A stretch of 64,000 nt of DNA from Candidatus Eiseniibacteriota bacterium (GTDB lineage Bacteria > Eisenbacteria > RBG-16-71-46 > CAIMUX01 > VGJL01), in assembly GCA_041946735.1 (NCBI GenBank), contig JBHGAY010000012.1, forward strand, positions 32,001 through 96,000, in the 5' to 3' direction. Position 1 is the first letter of the stretch. Each line of letters starts with the position of its first letter. The notes below the pieces were generated by a model, which was given only the letters and a program-made list of their open reading frames with translations, searched no databases and was not told the origin of the DNA. Made by a program: the position numbers and the translations under genes. Shown one piece after another: positions 45,101-51,073 of the stretch.

Positions 45101-46105
45101 CACGACATCGACGAGTTCGAAGAGAGGGTTCTGCTGCACCAGGGCACGGCGGACGAGATCCTGCCGTACCTGCAGCCGGCTCTCTACGGAACGGGCGAGA
45201 CCTACGATCCGACCGACACGCTGCTGGTCAGACTGCCGATCGTCGGCGGCGGCCGGATCCAGGAAGGGGACATCCTCGAGGTCACCGTCTACACGTTGAA
45301 GCACATCACGTCCGACGGTCCCGGCTTCGGCTGCGACTTTGCGGACACGGTGGGCATCGGTGACACGAACCTCCTGCTGCAGAACTGCTGGTTCGATTGG
45401 TCTGCAGAGGAGCTGCATGTCTACGACATGGGTGTTCTCGATCAGGTGCGGAACAGCGGAAGCAAGTTCATCGAGCAGCGGTTCGTTGTCGACATGCTGC
45501 CGCCCGCCTGCACCATCGTCCTGCCGGGCGCGACGCAGGATCCGAACCAGGACATGATCATCGATGTCACGGTCTCGGATCTCGGCGTCGGTCTCGATGT
45601 GACGAACCCGACGGTCCGAGTGGTCGGTCCCGACGGCTCTCAGATCGCGGTCCAGAACCTCGTGGTCACGGGCAACCGGATCACGGGCAAGGTCCCCGCG
45701 CCTCTGCAGACCGGCGAGTACACGATCACCGTGACCGCGTCGGATCGTCTCGGGCATGTCTGCACGACGACGAAGACGGTCCGGGTCGAAGCGGCTCAGC
45801 TCACCCTGACCGAGGCGTACAGCTACCCGAACCCGTTCGATCCTGGTCATGGCGACGTCGTCCTGAACTTCGCCGTGAGCAAGACGAGCGACGTGACCAT
45901 CAAGGTCTATGACTTCGCCGGCAACTTCGTGACGAACATCGCGACCAACCGTCAGGTGCACCCCGGTGATGCTCCCATCACCTGGGGCGGCACCAACTCG
46001 GAAGGCCAGCCGCTGGCGAATGGCGCTTACATCGTCCGTGTCGTCGCCACTGACGGCGCTCGGACGGAGCAGGCGAACCTCAAGGTGGTCATCTGGAGGG
46101 AGTAG
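33170..46105 (+). CDS. Giant (~4311 aa) secreted acidic Ig-like repeat surface protein with C-terminal FlgD-Ig/T9SS type A-like sorting domain
   Basis: AGGAGG RBS; signal peptide MSGTRTRTLVFVTALVLCLVAGFSGAFA; recurring xxDxxGN and D-x-x-[AP]-P Ig-boundary motifs; DxDxDG-type Ca motifs; C-terminal YSYPNPF...IKVYDFAGNFV...WGGTNSEGQPLANGAYIVRV. Confidence 0.88.
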   Translation: MSGTRTRTLVFVTALVLCLVAGFSGAFADTRDTEPSENQVINYPAYPVEPLAGGQYPQGPPYIVSATYNPEGPRVVIVFNEGVNPTGVNPEDVLSSNTFDLTQTAFGSDDGDNVLYLTFDTTPGNAGFDDASTEIFAMLPGGFQDATLMRNMDVSPITVGDGPVITSVTISNRQNDLQGIDGPDDNQVVVTFDANVQLVGTDDAAFGSTLEFNGQALDSNVAGNQITIGLATQTADTPQFLYMQPGVMNLRLASGTVRWVANNVSNNKLVFRATANDGPLLAAAYWRDPVTGGSEDADVAIAFDQPITNNLPADFGAEFDAVPDETQGTVTTWFPTSWTNVLRVGSFSAGFIPYERIAIDTNGSLADYQNAAALDPDSIDVHRGLGLVRAAYNRNLTPTDLTDDELYLYFTEPIQNSTDLTADNFDDYFDLIGFSIGDLPVLEYVEPSGPDNFSVVIVRNWFRAQTANPWEQGDRIIAKDPGILPDLVGSISGGGLWVGTDESTEGVYYLPVLDESRPIQLALEDTHETVADAWTFDDTNDTYTIFLRFSENSANGAANGEEDSDEYFLYPIRANDMALWDKTRMATYLPEAIAIGNLSPRQVDGTTRLGVYVSVEDVNPAAPPGTIFSTIDGFDITSPGQLAFLLAAADWQGNLSRIETINPDEYGWTWLLPQPANPDLRVYIQPEYCSPEFQGNIPLYGVHFIHDYEVDRVRFEYLKDDNGNGCDTDAGETWEELVTVGGELAPAQRGDPLMYRNNTDQGCRDDLRAMSLGTWYAFEYDGVDDYYYYDADNDLIYSPRDMVVRSDDDVFGNGDDLVVIGSDLYGESVPDGAILTAFVYYGDPNESATNPAYYWAEADAECPGDPILASQGTELGILSPSDYIFRENREGYVDGGGVLDPTLQGTNLWTANWAPCELDDPDGEYLVRTIAIDRSGNEDEIQEHCYDPNAWNPLEVEAITVECEQNLTVDLTTVDAYVPRWDEGADAWTYDVVTLDLDTTAPVVDQLPPNTRFFRINADVDAPDVEGVVFQVDTPDGSFIVGPNPDADVYSDLDALPGYNYQAGNAEYLDDERFQDDGDFVYEPGTDTVLDPGRNGVVDTPAGQLLIPLVLEDLGDVDQDNDGNILDNGTAQNEIDTVAPFTAWFDMDGYQAPGIVNFTITATANRTVESCPGGAQASADSEVIEINNWSRPLVDVIRVEDQNDAVIDVWHPVADGDPYGIYPTEAGSERTFLIHVTAEDPDGIRWVRLFYRANPACGGTPTVWTLVSPADVDTLPDGSPWDSYPDVDYPYEFHWVLGALDDANGNYQFYAEAMDEAGNLSGIPVFPYGFGFNEYAGQDLAHVVPLANTDHCAPGDTITVGDEYLITAELADPTLEGDVQVRFYYAPRVVGATYAPTDIDANNRLYLDFSILDPTTGGLYVCVNGVEYSNANYTANAGDDFITFTQLPAEGSTIQVSYNFVSANYPDGWLPIGEGDDVAPYTVEWEEGVNPPGVPPFQETIDNGLPGYDLIAVALIDVDGDGQYDPGSMCDVMEALASENGNHRVIVEIGKPIVHLYGLDYEPDFADAQWHYPQQEYWPGNAFGPSNGYVQPDGAEKKLSGVEFDVFVTAAPEDPATIDDVRLVMFHQFHAEPYDSIGMTLIGEGEEFTMPITMYTRDYYEVRPEEIENITLHVTDLGTGTTTQYAMAPDDATERNYYQATATFTTGKTYTYQFFIDKVGDDDGFYLDRRNSGPFQQPKDDIPGYASLIVTPPSDFWYAHLTSANYQENTIYRTNVEAIDSDGVIGSNMSDGSGDPQGPIVYVYDTTAPNIVRLWADPMLVGVADPQTTLWLEANDEPNLDVNVITTRTVVFQYSPLETPDEWITIGIDTTYEDGWFMPWTVPNPISDLYDNDGDGQVDEDDELLADYPVRAVVFDDAGYYHDPFVVGFPGSGNPSYASSIIVQFDAFPPYTHIIDPHDGTVFPYGTTIPVTGVANDTPPEAAVATGVDFVRFQYKDGQNLWVENGTAPYYTHGTDFVFRDENGNEQYDDGVDVVLFQPTGTAPGDFNGQAGNLWFDIDPTVNDNTDEPIIQADAPDQTEFSIDFDTRQVWGTEDLYVRLRMLATDMAGNETIQDDLHAEEIVIILNDITAPTAYLQWMSRPCEPTCAVLSGDEVEGTKGAVTLYGTVLDPTGGLEHVVAVDIEIRAEGDTDWTVLGRDQTPFDAEPCADVPDPNGTFGYFAQAWNTDEYPEGVYEVRAVAVDDDGNRDEEGALIVRVNVDRTPPSVNYAATEGFPGFIEGMAEYQNDGDPDSPSFVIVRDPDTGDVEFRVYTTDPDVQTMTLQWRYPSDPLGLWRPWSEAFNEFNNADRRLFTDFQYEPAQNFDDAFVWIAHAEDFFYETEPGLADYLIKSTFVQGPVEWRVLATDSACNTNSGQTDFVTATVDLTCPSVWDYAVDKPTRIVVPGEEMNFTVFLKDAESDVRTVTLLGVTDPGTPDEHRYVIATGELLPVVEGENVFDLGGPNTQWKFTATWAFPDVVYKDTPLEIWVVRGDVAGNTCGENERIDLITVQDLVPPDNTKIVYIAGQVALSDDPADSVAYDGGLPELLENDNVWVNRDGGLIYTPFGGNGDNDDYLVSEGWTPGVENNTEADIFTLGDELATYPREVNEGYMGNPAANPPRVARLVTLVARTWADDQSFGAADDGIAKVIFLVRPFGETQADTLSKDEYQPFYPLYLWHAFWNTQATLDDGVTPIYPDGDYEIAAYGVDSSGNVEDTAALEWTRVTVDNTPPVATMDADPTTETVEQTPTPIDIERNSAFLLFARILPENPINDDAATFFFKRTRDLNMAGSWLQIPAVDDPNTPINENWARGPEDGNPDDTRPYSFNLDLGKSMDPVDFLHWLNDPNTAPKPGPLHVGEQYDFVAAASDLLGNTTSHLDAFADSLWVRIRIVDTIAPIMTITAVERNIGQTDRIENPDQVHAQSFAYLEAKNLDGMTDLDDVFFVYRPQGGTDWTLLDGTLEELGDGSWQIGPWDLAALEHNAWYEVAAIGVDDVGNQSDPSDDATPKLLVYVDYEAPDNYAFTHPAIDATDLCDWYTGGLQGVKLYDLAVADADDVENVDTWDIVFEYKPSSAIDEPGNWTTVPTGGENLPDHPVIHDDGTNSWWQKWEIQDLSTDLYDIRATIEDVAGNVSVLGLTRLGYDNDEPTDVAISRIETVEGGDIEFHPDGLTDIAAGTVVRVCASAKDDELNLPEDRETGVAQFVFEASRDGGVTWYDLGLAEAAQDANDPTDYTACLDWNTTGLAPGTLLWVGVTAVDECGNDSGRIIYQMRISDIIPPTARIVCFDPDQQPHGENPPTCVKIYALAESDPDIAGVIFQYDTVDGDENHEWVNIGVGEPVSGVNGGGAPTTEVLWWASLQTTSLDPAVTQYWLRAIAKDEVGNQYGDSPDEVVPMMLASLVTLPDGSMTFEPARTTTHAVDNVSVQVESATRVILTVKMADSVERPRVVVLAEQPYLESGDFCLHNNEAWIYSAGTDGDYNLLRSNDDPTVWRGEIHLEAEGCYQYSICVTGTDEGLLVDHVGVAVNQYPVSAALGTNGTVVTPGYEDLESRVTIVSGAIEGEDCLLVSPTLPPTLDQDQAVYLEPVADSAWHIELIGGNFSDFATGYHPTVVIAYDQAAVDAALAGSNGAVTEDMLTVRRWNPDTGSWSGNGISAIRVNTEANTISFAVDNLSSALDCINDLLKSDGEGGSSCSEGNIFQVFAPKSAAPVFVYSFFPHSAYLSDWWTDADPIVSAYLNDLGGQGIDPTTVKVLIDGRIVANMFPAGGGEADYFWGEGHAEIWAANEEGTVWELEYTHSRLQRDWLTEGQHTFTVQYRSYGTSDETSVDTPFFVDLTAPQLAFHGGWIGNPLLQNLAGYIDGGPNSILTVSMYDGGSGIFVRPERQEFLPDLDCDEYIDSEDLYEEPVWTPDSGCWQAVDFGIKYDLWLVHYEDDQHDIDEFEERVLLHQGTADEILPYLQPALYGTGETYDPTDTLLVRLPIVGGGRIQEGDILEVTVYTLKHITSDGPGFGCDFADTVGIGDTNLLLQNCWFDWSAEELHVYDMGVLDQVRNSGSKFIEQRFVVDMLPPACTIVLPGATQDPNQDMIIDVTVSDLGVGLDVTNPTVRVVGPDGSQIAVQNLVVTGNRITGKVPAPLQTGEYTITVTASDRLGHVCTTTKTVRVEAAQLTLTEAYSYPNPFDPGHGDVVLNFAVSKTSDVTIKVYDFAGNFVTNIATNRQVHPGDAPITWGGTNSEGQPLANGAYIVRVVATDGARTEQANLKVVIWRE

Positions 46106-46110
46106 CGGGT

Positions 46111-46150
46111 GAGAAGGCGGGGGGAGGACCCTTCCTCCCCCCGCGATCTC
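46111..46150 (+). terminator. Strong intercistronic hairpin (partial terminator or mRNA stabiliser)
   Basis: GCGGGGGGAGGA-CCCT-TCCTCCCCCCGC 12-bp stem, no U-tract. Confidence 0.55.
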
Positions 46151-46205
46151 GCATCTTCGACTTCGGACGAGTGAACGACGACGGGTTCAACAAGGAGGTA
46201 AGGAC

Positions 46206-47837
46206 ATGGTGAGTCTGAAGCGAGGAACGATCCTGACCCTCGTGGTCTTGACGGGATCGATCCTCCTCACTGGGCTCGCGTGGGCCGCCAGCGACAGCAA
46301 CGGGAACCATAATGCTCCCTACCTGCGCATGGGCGTCGGTGCACGGGCCCTGGGAATGGGGGGCGCCTACGTCGCGGTCGCCAACGACCTGACGGCAGGC
46401 TACTGGAACCCGGCCGGCCTCGCCTGGACCAACGGATGGCAGGTCGGCGGGATGTTCTCGAGCGGAATGGACGTCGATCGGAAGTACAACCAGATCGGCG
46501 CGTCGTATGGCGGAAGCTGGGGCGCGATCGGGTTCAACTGGCTCAACGCCGGCATGACCGACATTCCCCAGCGCAACGCGACGGGCGGGGACATGGGCAC
46601 GTTCGACTTCTCGGACAATGCCTTCATGCTCTCGCTTGCGAAGGGTTTCGATATCGCGTCCTTTGGGATCACCGGCAAGTACCTGCGTGAGGGGCTCGAC
46701 GCGAACATTCCGGGCGACGACAACGTCAACGGGTACGGAATCGACCTCGGTTTCGGCCTCGCTCTGATGGATCAGGTGCGCCTCGGGTTCGCGGTGCAGG
46801 ACATCGCCGGGTCGCTGGGCAACGCGGACGAAGACGAAGTCGACGACATCCCCACGAACCTGCGCGCCGGCCTGATGGTCGGGCCGATTCCGGGGCTGAC
46901 GGCGGCGTTCGACGTCGAGAAGACCCAGGACGACGACGACTACAAGTTCCATCTTGGCGGCGAGTACCGGATGCCTCTCTCCGAGGACTTCGGTGCCGCG
47001 GTCCGGCTGGGGCTCAACGACGGGGAGTTCGCGGCGGGGTTCGGGCTGAAGTTCCGGTTCCTCGAGGCGGACTACGCGTACGTCAACGACCAGCAGGACT
47101 TCCTGAACGAGAACCATCGCTTCTCCGTCGCCCTGAAGTTCGGCGAGGAGGAGATGATGATGACCGGTCCGGGGGCGATGCGCGACACCGATCGGGACGG
47201 GATCCCCGATGACGTGGATCAGTGCCCGACGCTCGCGGAAGACCTCGACGGCTTCATGGACAACGACGGCTGCCCCGACCCGGACAACGACGGCGACGGC
47301 ATCCCGGACATCAATGACAACTGCCCGAACCAGGCGGAAGACATGGATGGCTGGCAGGACGCCGACGGTTGCCCGGACGTCGACAACGACGGCGACGGCA
47401 TCCTCGACAAGGACGACAAGTGCCCGAACGTCGCCGAGGACGTCAACGGCTACCAGGACGACGACGGCTGCCCGGACGGCGGGCAGGCGAACGCGGGGAT
47501 CCCGGTTCTCGCATACATCAACTTCAAGTACGACAGCGCGGAGATCAGCGGCGCCGATCCGATCCCGGTCCTCGAGGACGTGGCTCGGATCATGCGGGAG
47601 CGCCCCGATCTGCGGCTGAAGATCACGGGACACACCGACTCGACCGGCAGCGACCAGTACAACATGAAGCTGTCGATGCGCCGGGCCGATGCGATCAAGG
47701 ACTATCTGGTCAAGAGGGGCGTGTCTGCGGACCGGATGGTCACCGAGGGGAAGGGCGAGAGCCAGCCGGTGGATACGAACGACACCGATCTCGGCCGCGC
47801 CCGCAACCGCCGGATCGAGTTCCAGGTCCTGCAATAG
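46206..47837 (+). CDS. PorV/PorQ-like beta-barrel fused to thrombospondin type-3 repeats and an OmpA-like peptidoglycan-binding domain
   Basis: Signal peptide; YLRMGVGARALGMGGAYVAVANDLTAGYWNPAGLA (PorV/FadL-type N-terminus); HRFSVALKF barrel end; DxDxDGIxDxxDxCP repeats; GHTDSTG...LSMRRA...GRARNRRIEF. Confidence 0.88.
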   Translation: MVSLKRGTILTLVVLTGSILLTGLAWAASDSNGNHNAPYLRMGVGARALGMGGAYVAVANDLTAGYWNPAGLAWTNGWQVGGMFSSGMDVDRKYNQIGASYGGSWGAIGFNWLNAGMTDIPQRNATGGDMGTFDFSDNAFMLSLAKGFDIASFGITGKYLREGLDANIPGDDNVNGYGIDLGFGLALMDQVRLGFAVQDIAGSLGNADEDEVDDIPTNLRAGLMVGPIPGLTAAFDVEKTQDDDDYKFHLGGEYRMPLSEDFGAAVRLGLNDGEFAAGFGLKFRFLEADYAYVNDQQDFLNENHRFSVALKFGEEEMMMTGPGAMRDTDRDGIPDDVDQCPTLAEDLDGFMDNDGCPDPDNDGDGIPDINDNCPNQAEDMDGWQDADGCPDVDNDGDGILDKDDKCPNVAEDVNGYQDDDGCPDGGQANAGIPVLAYINFKYDSAEISGADPIPVLEDVARIMRERPDLRLKITGHTDSTGSDQYNMKLSMRRADAIKDYLVKRGVSADRMVTEGKGESQPVDTNDTDLGRARNRRIEFQVLQ

Positions 47838-47897
47838 GCAGACCGGACACGATCCGTGCGGCCGGCCCGTAAGGGGCCGGACCTCGAGAACCCGTCG

Positions 47898-47930
47898 AGG
47901 CCCCATGGGAGCGATCCCATGGGGCCTTTC
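47898..47930 (+). terminator. Probable intrinsic terminator after porV-ompA fusion gene
   Basis: Perfect 13-bp stem AGGCCCCATGGGA-GCGA-TCCCATGGGGCCT followed by a short T run. Confidence 0.65.
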
Positions 47931-48107
47931 GCACACCCCGGCGATGCTTTCACCGAGCCTGGGCGCGTGTGCGGTGGTGCGGAGGGGCGGAGGGCGTTCT
48001 GCAACGGGGGGCGGATCGTGCATGGCGGGAGGGCGGAATGCATCGCTCCCGGGCGTTGGCAAGGCGACCGCCCGACGATAGGGCAGGCAGTTACCGTGGC
48101 GGGCGGT

Positions 48108-48124
48108 TTGGAACGGCCCCTGCT
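48108..48124 (+). promoter_or_regulatory. Putative sigma54 (-24/-12) promoter of pilin-like gene
   Basis: TTGGAACGGCCCCTGCT: GG-N10-GC spacing, ~40 nt upstream of ATG 48163. Confidence 0.55.
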
Positions 48125-48162
48125 ACGAGTAGGCTGGGGTCCGATCACTCTGGGGGCGCGCC

Positions 48163-48558
48163 ATGCAACTGCGGGCGGATCCGAAGTCGAGCGGCAAGGC
48201 CCGGCAGGGTGGCTTCACCCTGATCGAGCTCGTCATCGTCGTCACCATCCTCGGGATTCTCGCGTCGCTCGCGGTTCCGAACTACATGCGGGCACGCGAG
48301 CGCGCCCGGCGAGCCTCGTGCTTCTCCAACCAGAGTCATCTGCTGCTGGCGGGCTCCCTCTACGCCGCCGACCACAAGGTCTGGAACGAGGTGGTCAACA
48401 GCGGCACCCTCTGGACCCTGGGTTACGTCGGCGAGAGATGCGGCGACTGCCCCGACGACCTGGTGGAGAACGAGGGCGACTACGACGTGACGATCGCCGA
48501 CGGTCAGCCGATCTCGGTGCAATGCCTGGTCAATCCGGCGGAGCATCAGCTTCACTAG
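48163..48558 (+). CDS. Type IV pilin/pseudopilin-like protein
   Basis: Class III signal G|FTLIELVIVVTILGILASLAVPNY with E5; Cys residues in the globular part. Confidence 0.85.
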   Translation: MQLRADPKSSGKARQGGFTLIELVIVVTILGILASLAVPNYMRARERARRASCFSNQSHLLLAGSLYAADHKVWNEVVNSGTLWTLGYVGERCGDCPDDLVENEGDYDVTIADGQPISVQCLVNPAEHQLH

Positions 48559-48695
48559 GCGCCGAGCGGACGCCGCGCCGAGGCGGCGCCACCGCGAGCG
48601 GCTGCCCGGAAGCTTGACGTCCCGTCTCGCTCGTTCTGACGTCCCGACCGTCCCTACCTGCAAGGCCGCGTCCGTCAAGGATCGCCCGGCTCGCC

Positions 48696-48724
48696 TTGAC
48701 ACCCCCGGAACCCCGACCTATCGT
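48696..48724 (+). promoter_or_regulatory. sigma70 promoter of riboflavin operon
   Basis: TTGACA-17nt-TATCGT. Confidence 0.6.
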
Positions 48725-48802
48725 GCCTCGGATGAATGCGACCCGCCGCTCGCGCGCGGCTGCCGCGCCCGCGCGTATCCGCCCGTTCGTCGCGAGGGGC
48801 CG

Positions 48803-49075
48803 ATGAAGTCGTTCCTGCTCTTCACTCTGCTGTGCATCGTCGTGATCCTGCTGCTTCGTTCCTCGCATCGTCGGCAACGCGACGTCGAGGCGCGCCGGCG
48901 CCCTCCCACGCCTCCTTCCCGCCGCGAGCCGCCCATCGTCCCACCCGAGGAGATCGTCGACGTGAAGTTCGAGGAGCGGCCGGAGGGGAGGTCCGGGGCG
49001 ACGAAAGGCAACGGCGCGTCGCCGGCCGCTCGCGGCGCGGAGCCGGGGCGTGAGGGGCCGAAGGAGGAGAGCTGA
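48803..49075 (+). CDS. Small single-TM hypothetical protein
   Basis: GAGGGG RBS; MKSFLLFTLLCIVVILLL then Pro-rich segment and EEIVDVKFEE motif. Confidence 0.55.
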   Translation: MKSFLLFTLLCIVVILLLRSSHRRQRDVEARRRPPTPPSRREPPIVPPEEIVDVKFEERPEGRSGATKGNGASPAARGAEPGREGPKEES

Positions 49076-49122
49076 CCGCGCCGGCGCATCGGGAACGGTT
49101 CACCGAAGCGGAGAAGAGGGCC

Positions 49123-50334
49123 ATGCGCCGGGCGCTCGCGCTCGCCGCGCGCGGCCGCGGTCTCGTCTCCCCGAACCCCGCCGTCGGGGCCGTGCTGCTC
49201 GACGGAGAGCGGATCGTCGCGGAGGGGCACCACCGCCGTTTCGGAGGCCCCCATGCAGAAGCCGCGCTGCTCGACCAACTCGAAGGCGGACCGCCGGTCC
49301 GGCCTTCCGCCGTCCTGCTCGTGACACTCGAGCCTTGCTCCCACAAGGGGAAGACCGCCCCCTGCGTCGATCGTCTCCTCGCCTCGCCGATCCGCCGCTT
49401 CGTCGTCGCGACGTCCGACCCCAATCCGCTGGTGTCGGGACGGGGCATTCGCGCGCTCCGAGCGGACGGAAGGGAAGTTCGCGTGGGGCTCGAAGAGGAT
49501 CGCGCCCGCGGCTTGAACCTTCCTTTCTTCCTCGCCCAAAGGGAAGGCCGGGCGATGGTGACGCTGAAGATCGCATCGACTCTCGATGGAAAGGTTGCGG
49601 ATCGCGGCGGCGGCTCGCGATGGATCACCTCGCCCGCCTCGCGCGCGCTCGTCTCGCGGCTGCGCTCGCACGCCGACGCGATCGTGATCGGCCATGGCAC
49701 CGCTCGCCGGGACGATCCGCGGCTCGTCGTCCACGGAGACCCACGCCGCACCCCCACGCGAATCCTCCTCGATTCGCGACTCGCTTCCGACCCGGATCTG
49801 AAGCTCGCCCGGCTGTGGAGGAGGCAGGTGGCCGGTCGAACGGGGGACGCCTCTTCGCCCGACCGGCGGGGAAACTGGATCCAGGTCGAGGATCGTGCGG
49901 CGGGGCCGGCGCTCCGCTGGCGTTTCGAGCCGCGCCTGATCGCCGTCGGCGCCGAGCCCACGGCCGCCCGGATCCGCAGCTTCCGGCGCGCGGGGTGGGA
50001 AGTGTGGCTCCTGCCCGACCGGAGCGGCCGGCGGGTCGATCTCGCGAGGCTCGGGCGCGCGGCGGCGCGGGCCGGTCTGCTCGACCTCCTCGTCGAAGGG
50101 GGGCCGCGACTTTCCGCCGCTTTCCTCGAGGACGGCCCTCTCGATCGCCTCCTTCTCTTCCTCGCCCCTCGCGTTCTCGGCCCCGGGCTCGGTTGGAGCG
50201 ACGCCTGTCCGCCCCGGGAGATCTCCGCTTCGCGCACCCTGGTCGCGGCCGCTCCTCCACGACGGATCGGCGGCGGCGACCTCCTCCTCGATCTCGTTCC
50301 GGGCGGCCCGGTCCGTTCCCGGGCGACGGGATAG
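49123..50334 (+). CDS. ribD: Bifunctional riboflavin deaminase/reductase
   Basis: SPNPAVGAV, HAE, TLEPCSHKGKTAPC, SRWIT, LLVEGG; true start may be upstream. Confidence 0.93.
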   Translation: MRRALALAARGRGLVSPNPAVGAVLLDGERIVAEGHHRRFGGPHAEAALLDQLEGGPPVRPSAVLLVTLEPCSHKGKTAPCVDRLLASPIRRFVVATSDPNPLVSGRGIRALRADGREVRVGLEEDRARGLNLPFFLAQREGRAMVTLKIASTLDGKVADRGGGSRWITSPASRALVSRLRSHADAIVIGHGTARRDDPRLVVHGDPRRTPTRILLDSRLASDPDLKLARLWRRQVAGRTGDASSPDRRGNWIQVEDRAAGPALRWRFEPRLIAVGAEPTAARIRSFRRAGWEVWLLPDRSGRRVDLARLGRAAARAGLLDLLVEGGPRLSAAFLEDGPLDRLLLFLAPRVLGPGLGWSDACPPREISASRTLVAAAPPRRIGGGDLLLDLVPGGPVRSRATG

Positions 50335-50412
50335 ACGGGCGGCGCCGCGGGAAGCGGGGTCCGGCGGGCGGTCCGATACGCTACAGTCTTCGGAAGCGAG
50401 AGGGGCGATGCG

Positions 50413-51024
50413 ATGTTCACGGGACTCGTGGAGGGGGTCGGAGAGGTCGTCGGAGTCCGGGGCGCAGGAGGCGTTCGGGAGCTAGCGATCCGCAGTCCCT
50501 TCCCGAAGGCCGATCTGGTCGCCGGGGCTTCCATCGCGGTGCATGGCGTCTGCCTGACTCTCGTCGAAAGCGGCGGGGACGACGGAGTCTTCCGGGTGCA
50601 AGCGGGGCGGGAGACGCTCCGCCGTTCGGTTCTCCGGGGATTGCGCGTCGGCTCGCTCGTTCACCTCGAGCGCGCGCTCGCCGCCGGTGACCGGCTCGGC
50701 GGCCACATCGTCCAGGGACACGTGGACGGGATCGGACGGATCGCTCGGGTGCAGCGCGGGGGAGGCGAAACGGTCCTCGACGTGGCCGCGGCACCGGAGA
50801 TCCTCCGCTACCTCGTCGAGAAGGGTTCGGTGACGGTCGACGGAGTGAGCCTCACCGTCGGCCGCGTCGGCGCCCGCGCCTTCCGGGTGCACGTCATTCC
50901 CAAGACCGCCGAGACGACGCTGCTCGCCCGCTACCGGCCGGGACGGCGGGTGAACCTGGAGGCGGATATACTCGCCAAGTACGTCGAGGCGCTGCTGCGG
51001 GCGAGGGATCGGAGCGGTGCGTGA
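50413..51024 (+). CDS. ribE: Riboflavin synthase (alpha chain)
   Basis: [49 protein letters not shown]. Confidence 0.95.
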   Translation: MFTGLVEGVGEVVGVRGAGGVRELAIRSPFPKADLVAGASIAVHGVCLTLVESGGDDGVFRVQAGRETLRRSVLRGLRVGSLVHLERALAAGDRLGGHIVQGHVDGIGRIARVQRGGGETVLDVAAAPEILRYLVEKGSVTVDGVSLTVGRVGARAFRVHVIPKTAETTLLARYRPGRRVNLEADILAKYVEALLRARDRSGA

Positions 51025-51073
51025 GCGAGAGCACGGTCGACCGGGGCGGAGCCGGATCGATTCGGGGGGAAGC

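Noticed and set aside
34418..45961. 3847-aa antisense ORF opposite the giant gene
   Set aside because: Shadow ORF: strong codon bias on the + strand avoids in-frame TTA/CTA/TCA; the translation is V/R/D-rich with no motifs
31973..48600. Genomic island integrated at tRNA-Lys
   Set aside because: No integrase and no duplicated tRNA 3' end seen; codon usage looks native
48725..48802. FMN riboswitch before rib genes
   Set aside because: Leader is too short and lacks the conserved AGGGCGGGG..AATTCCCCACCGGCGG / GGATGGGAGA elements
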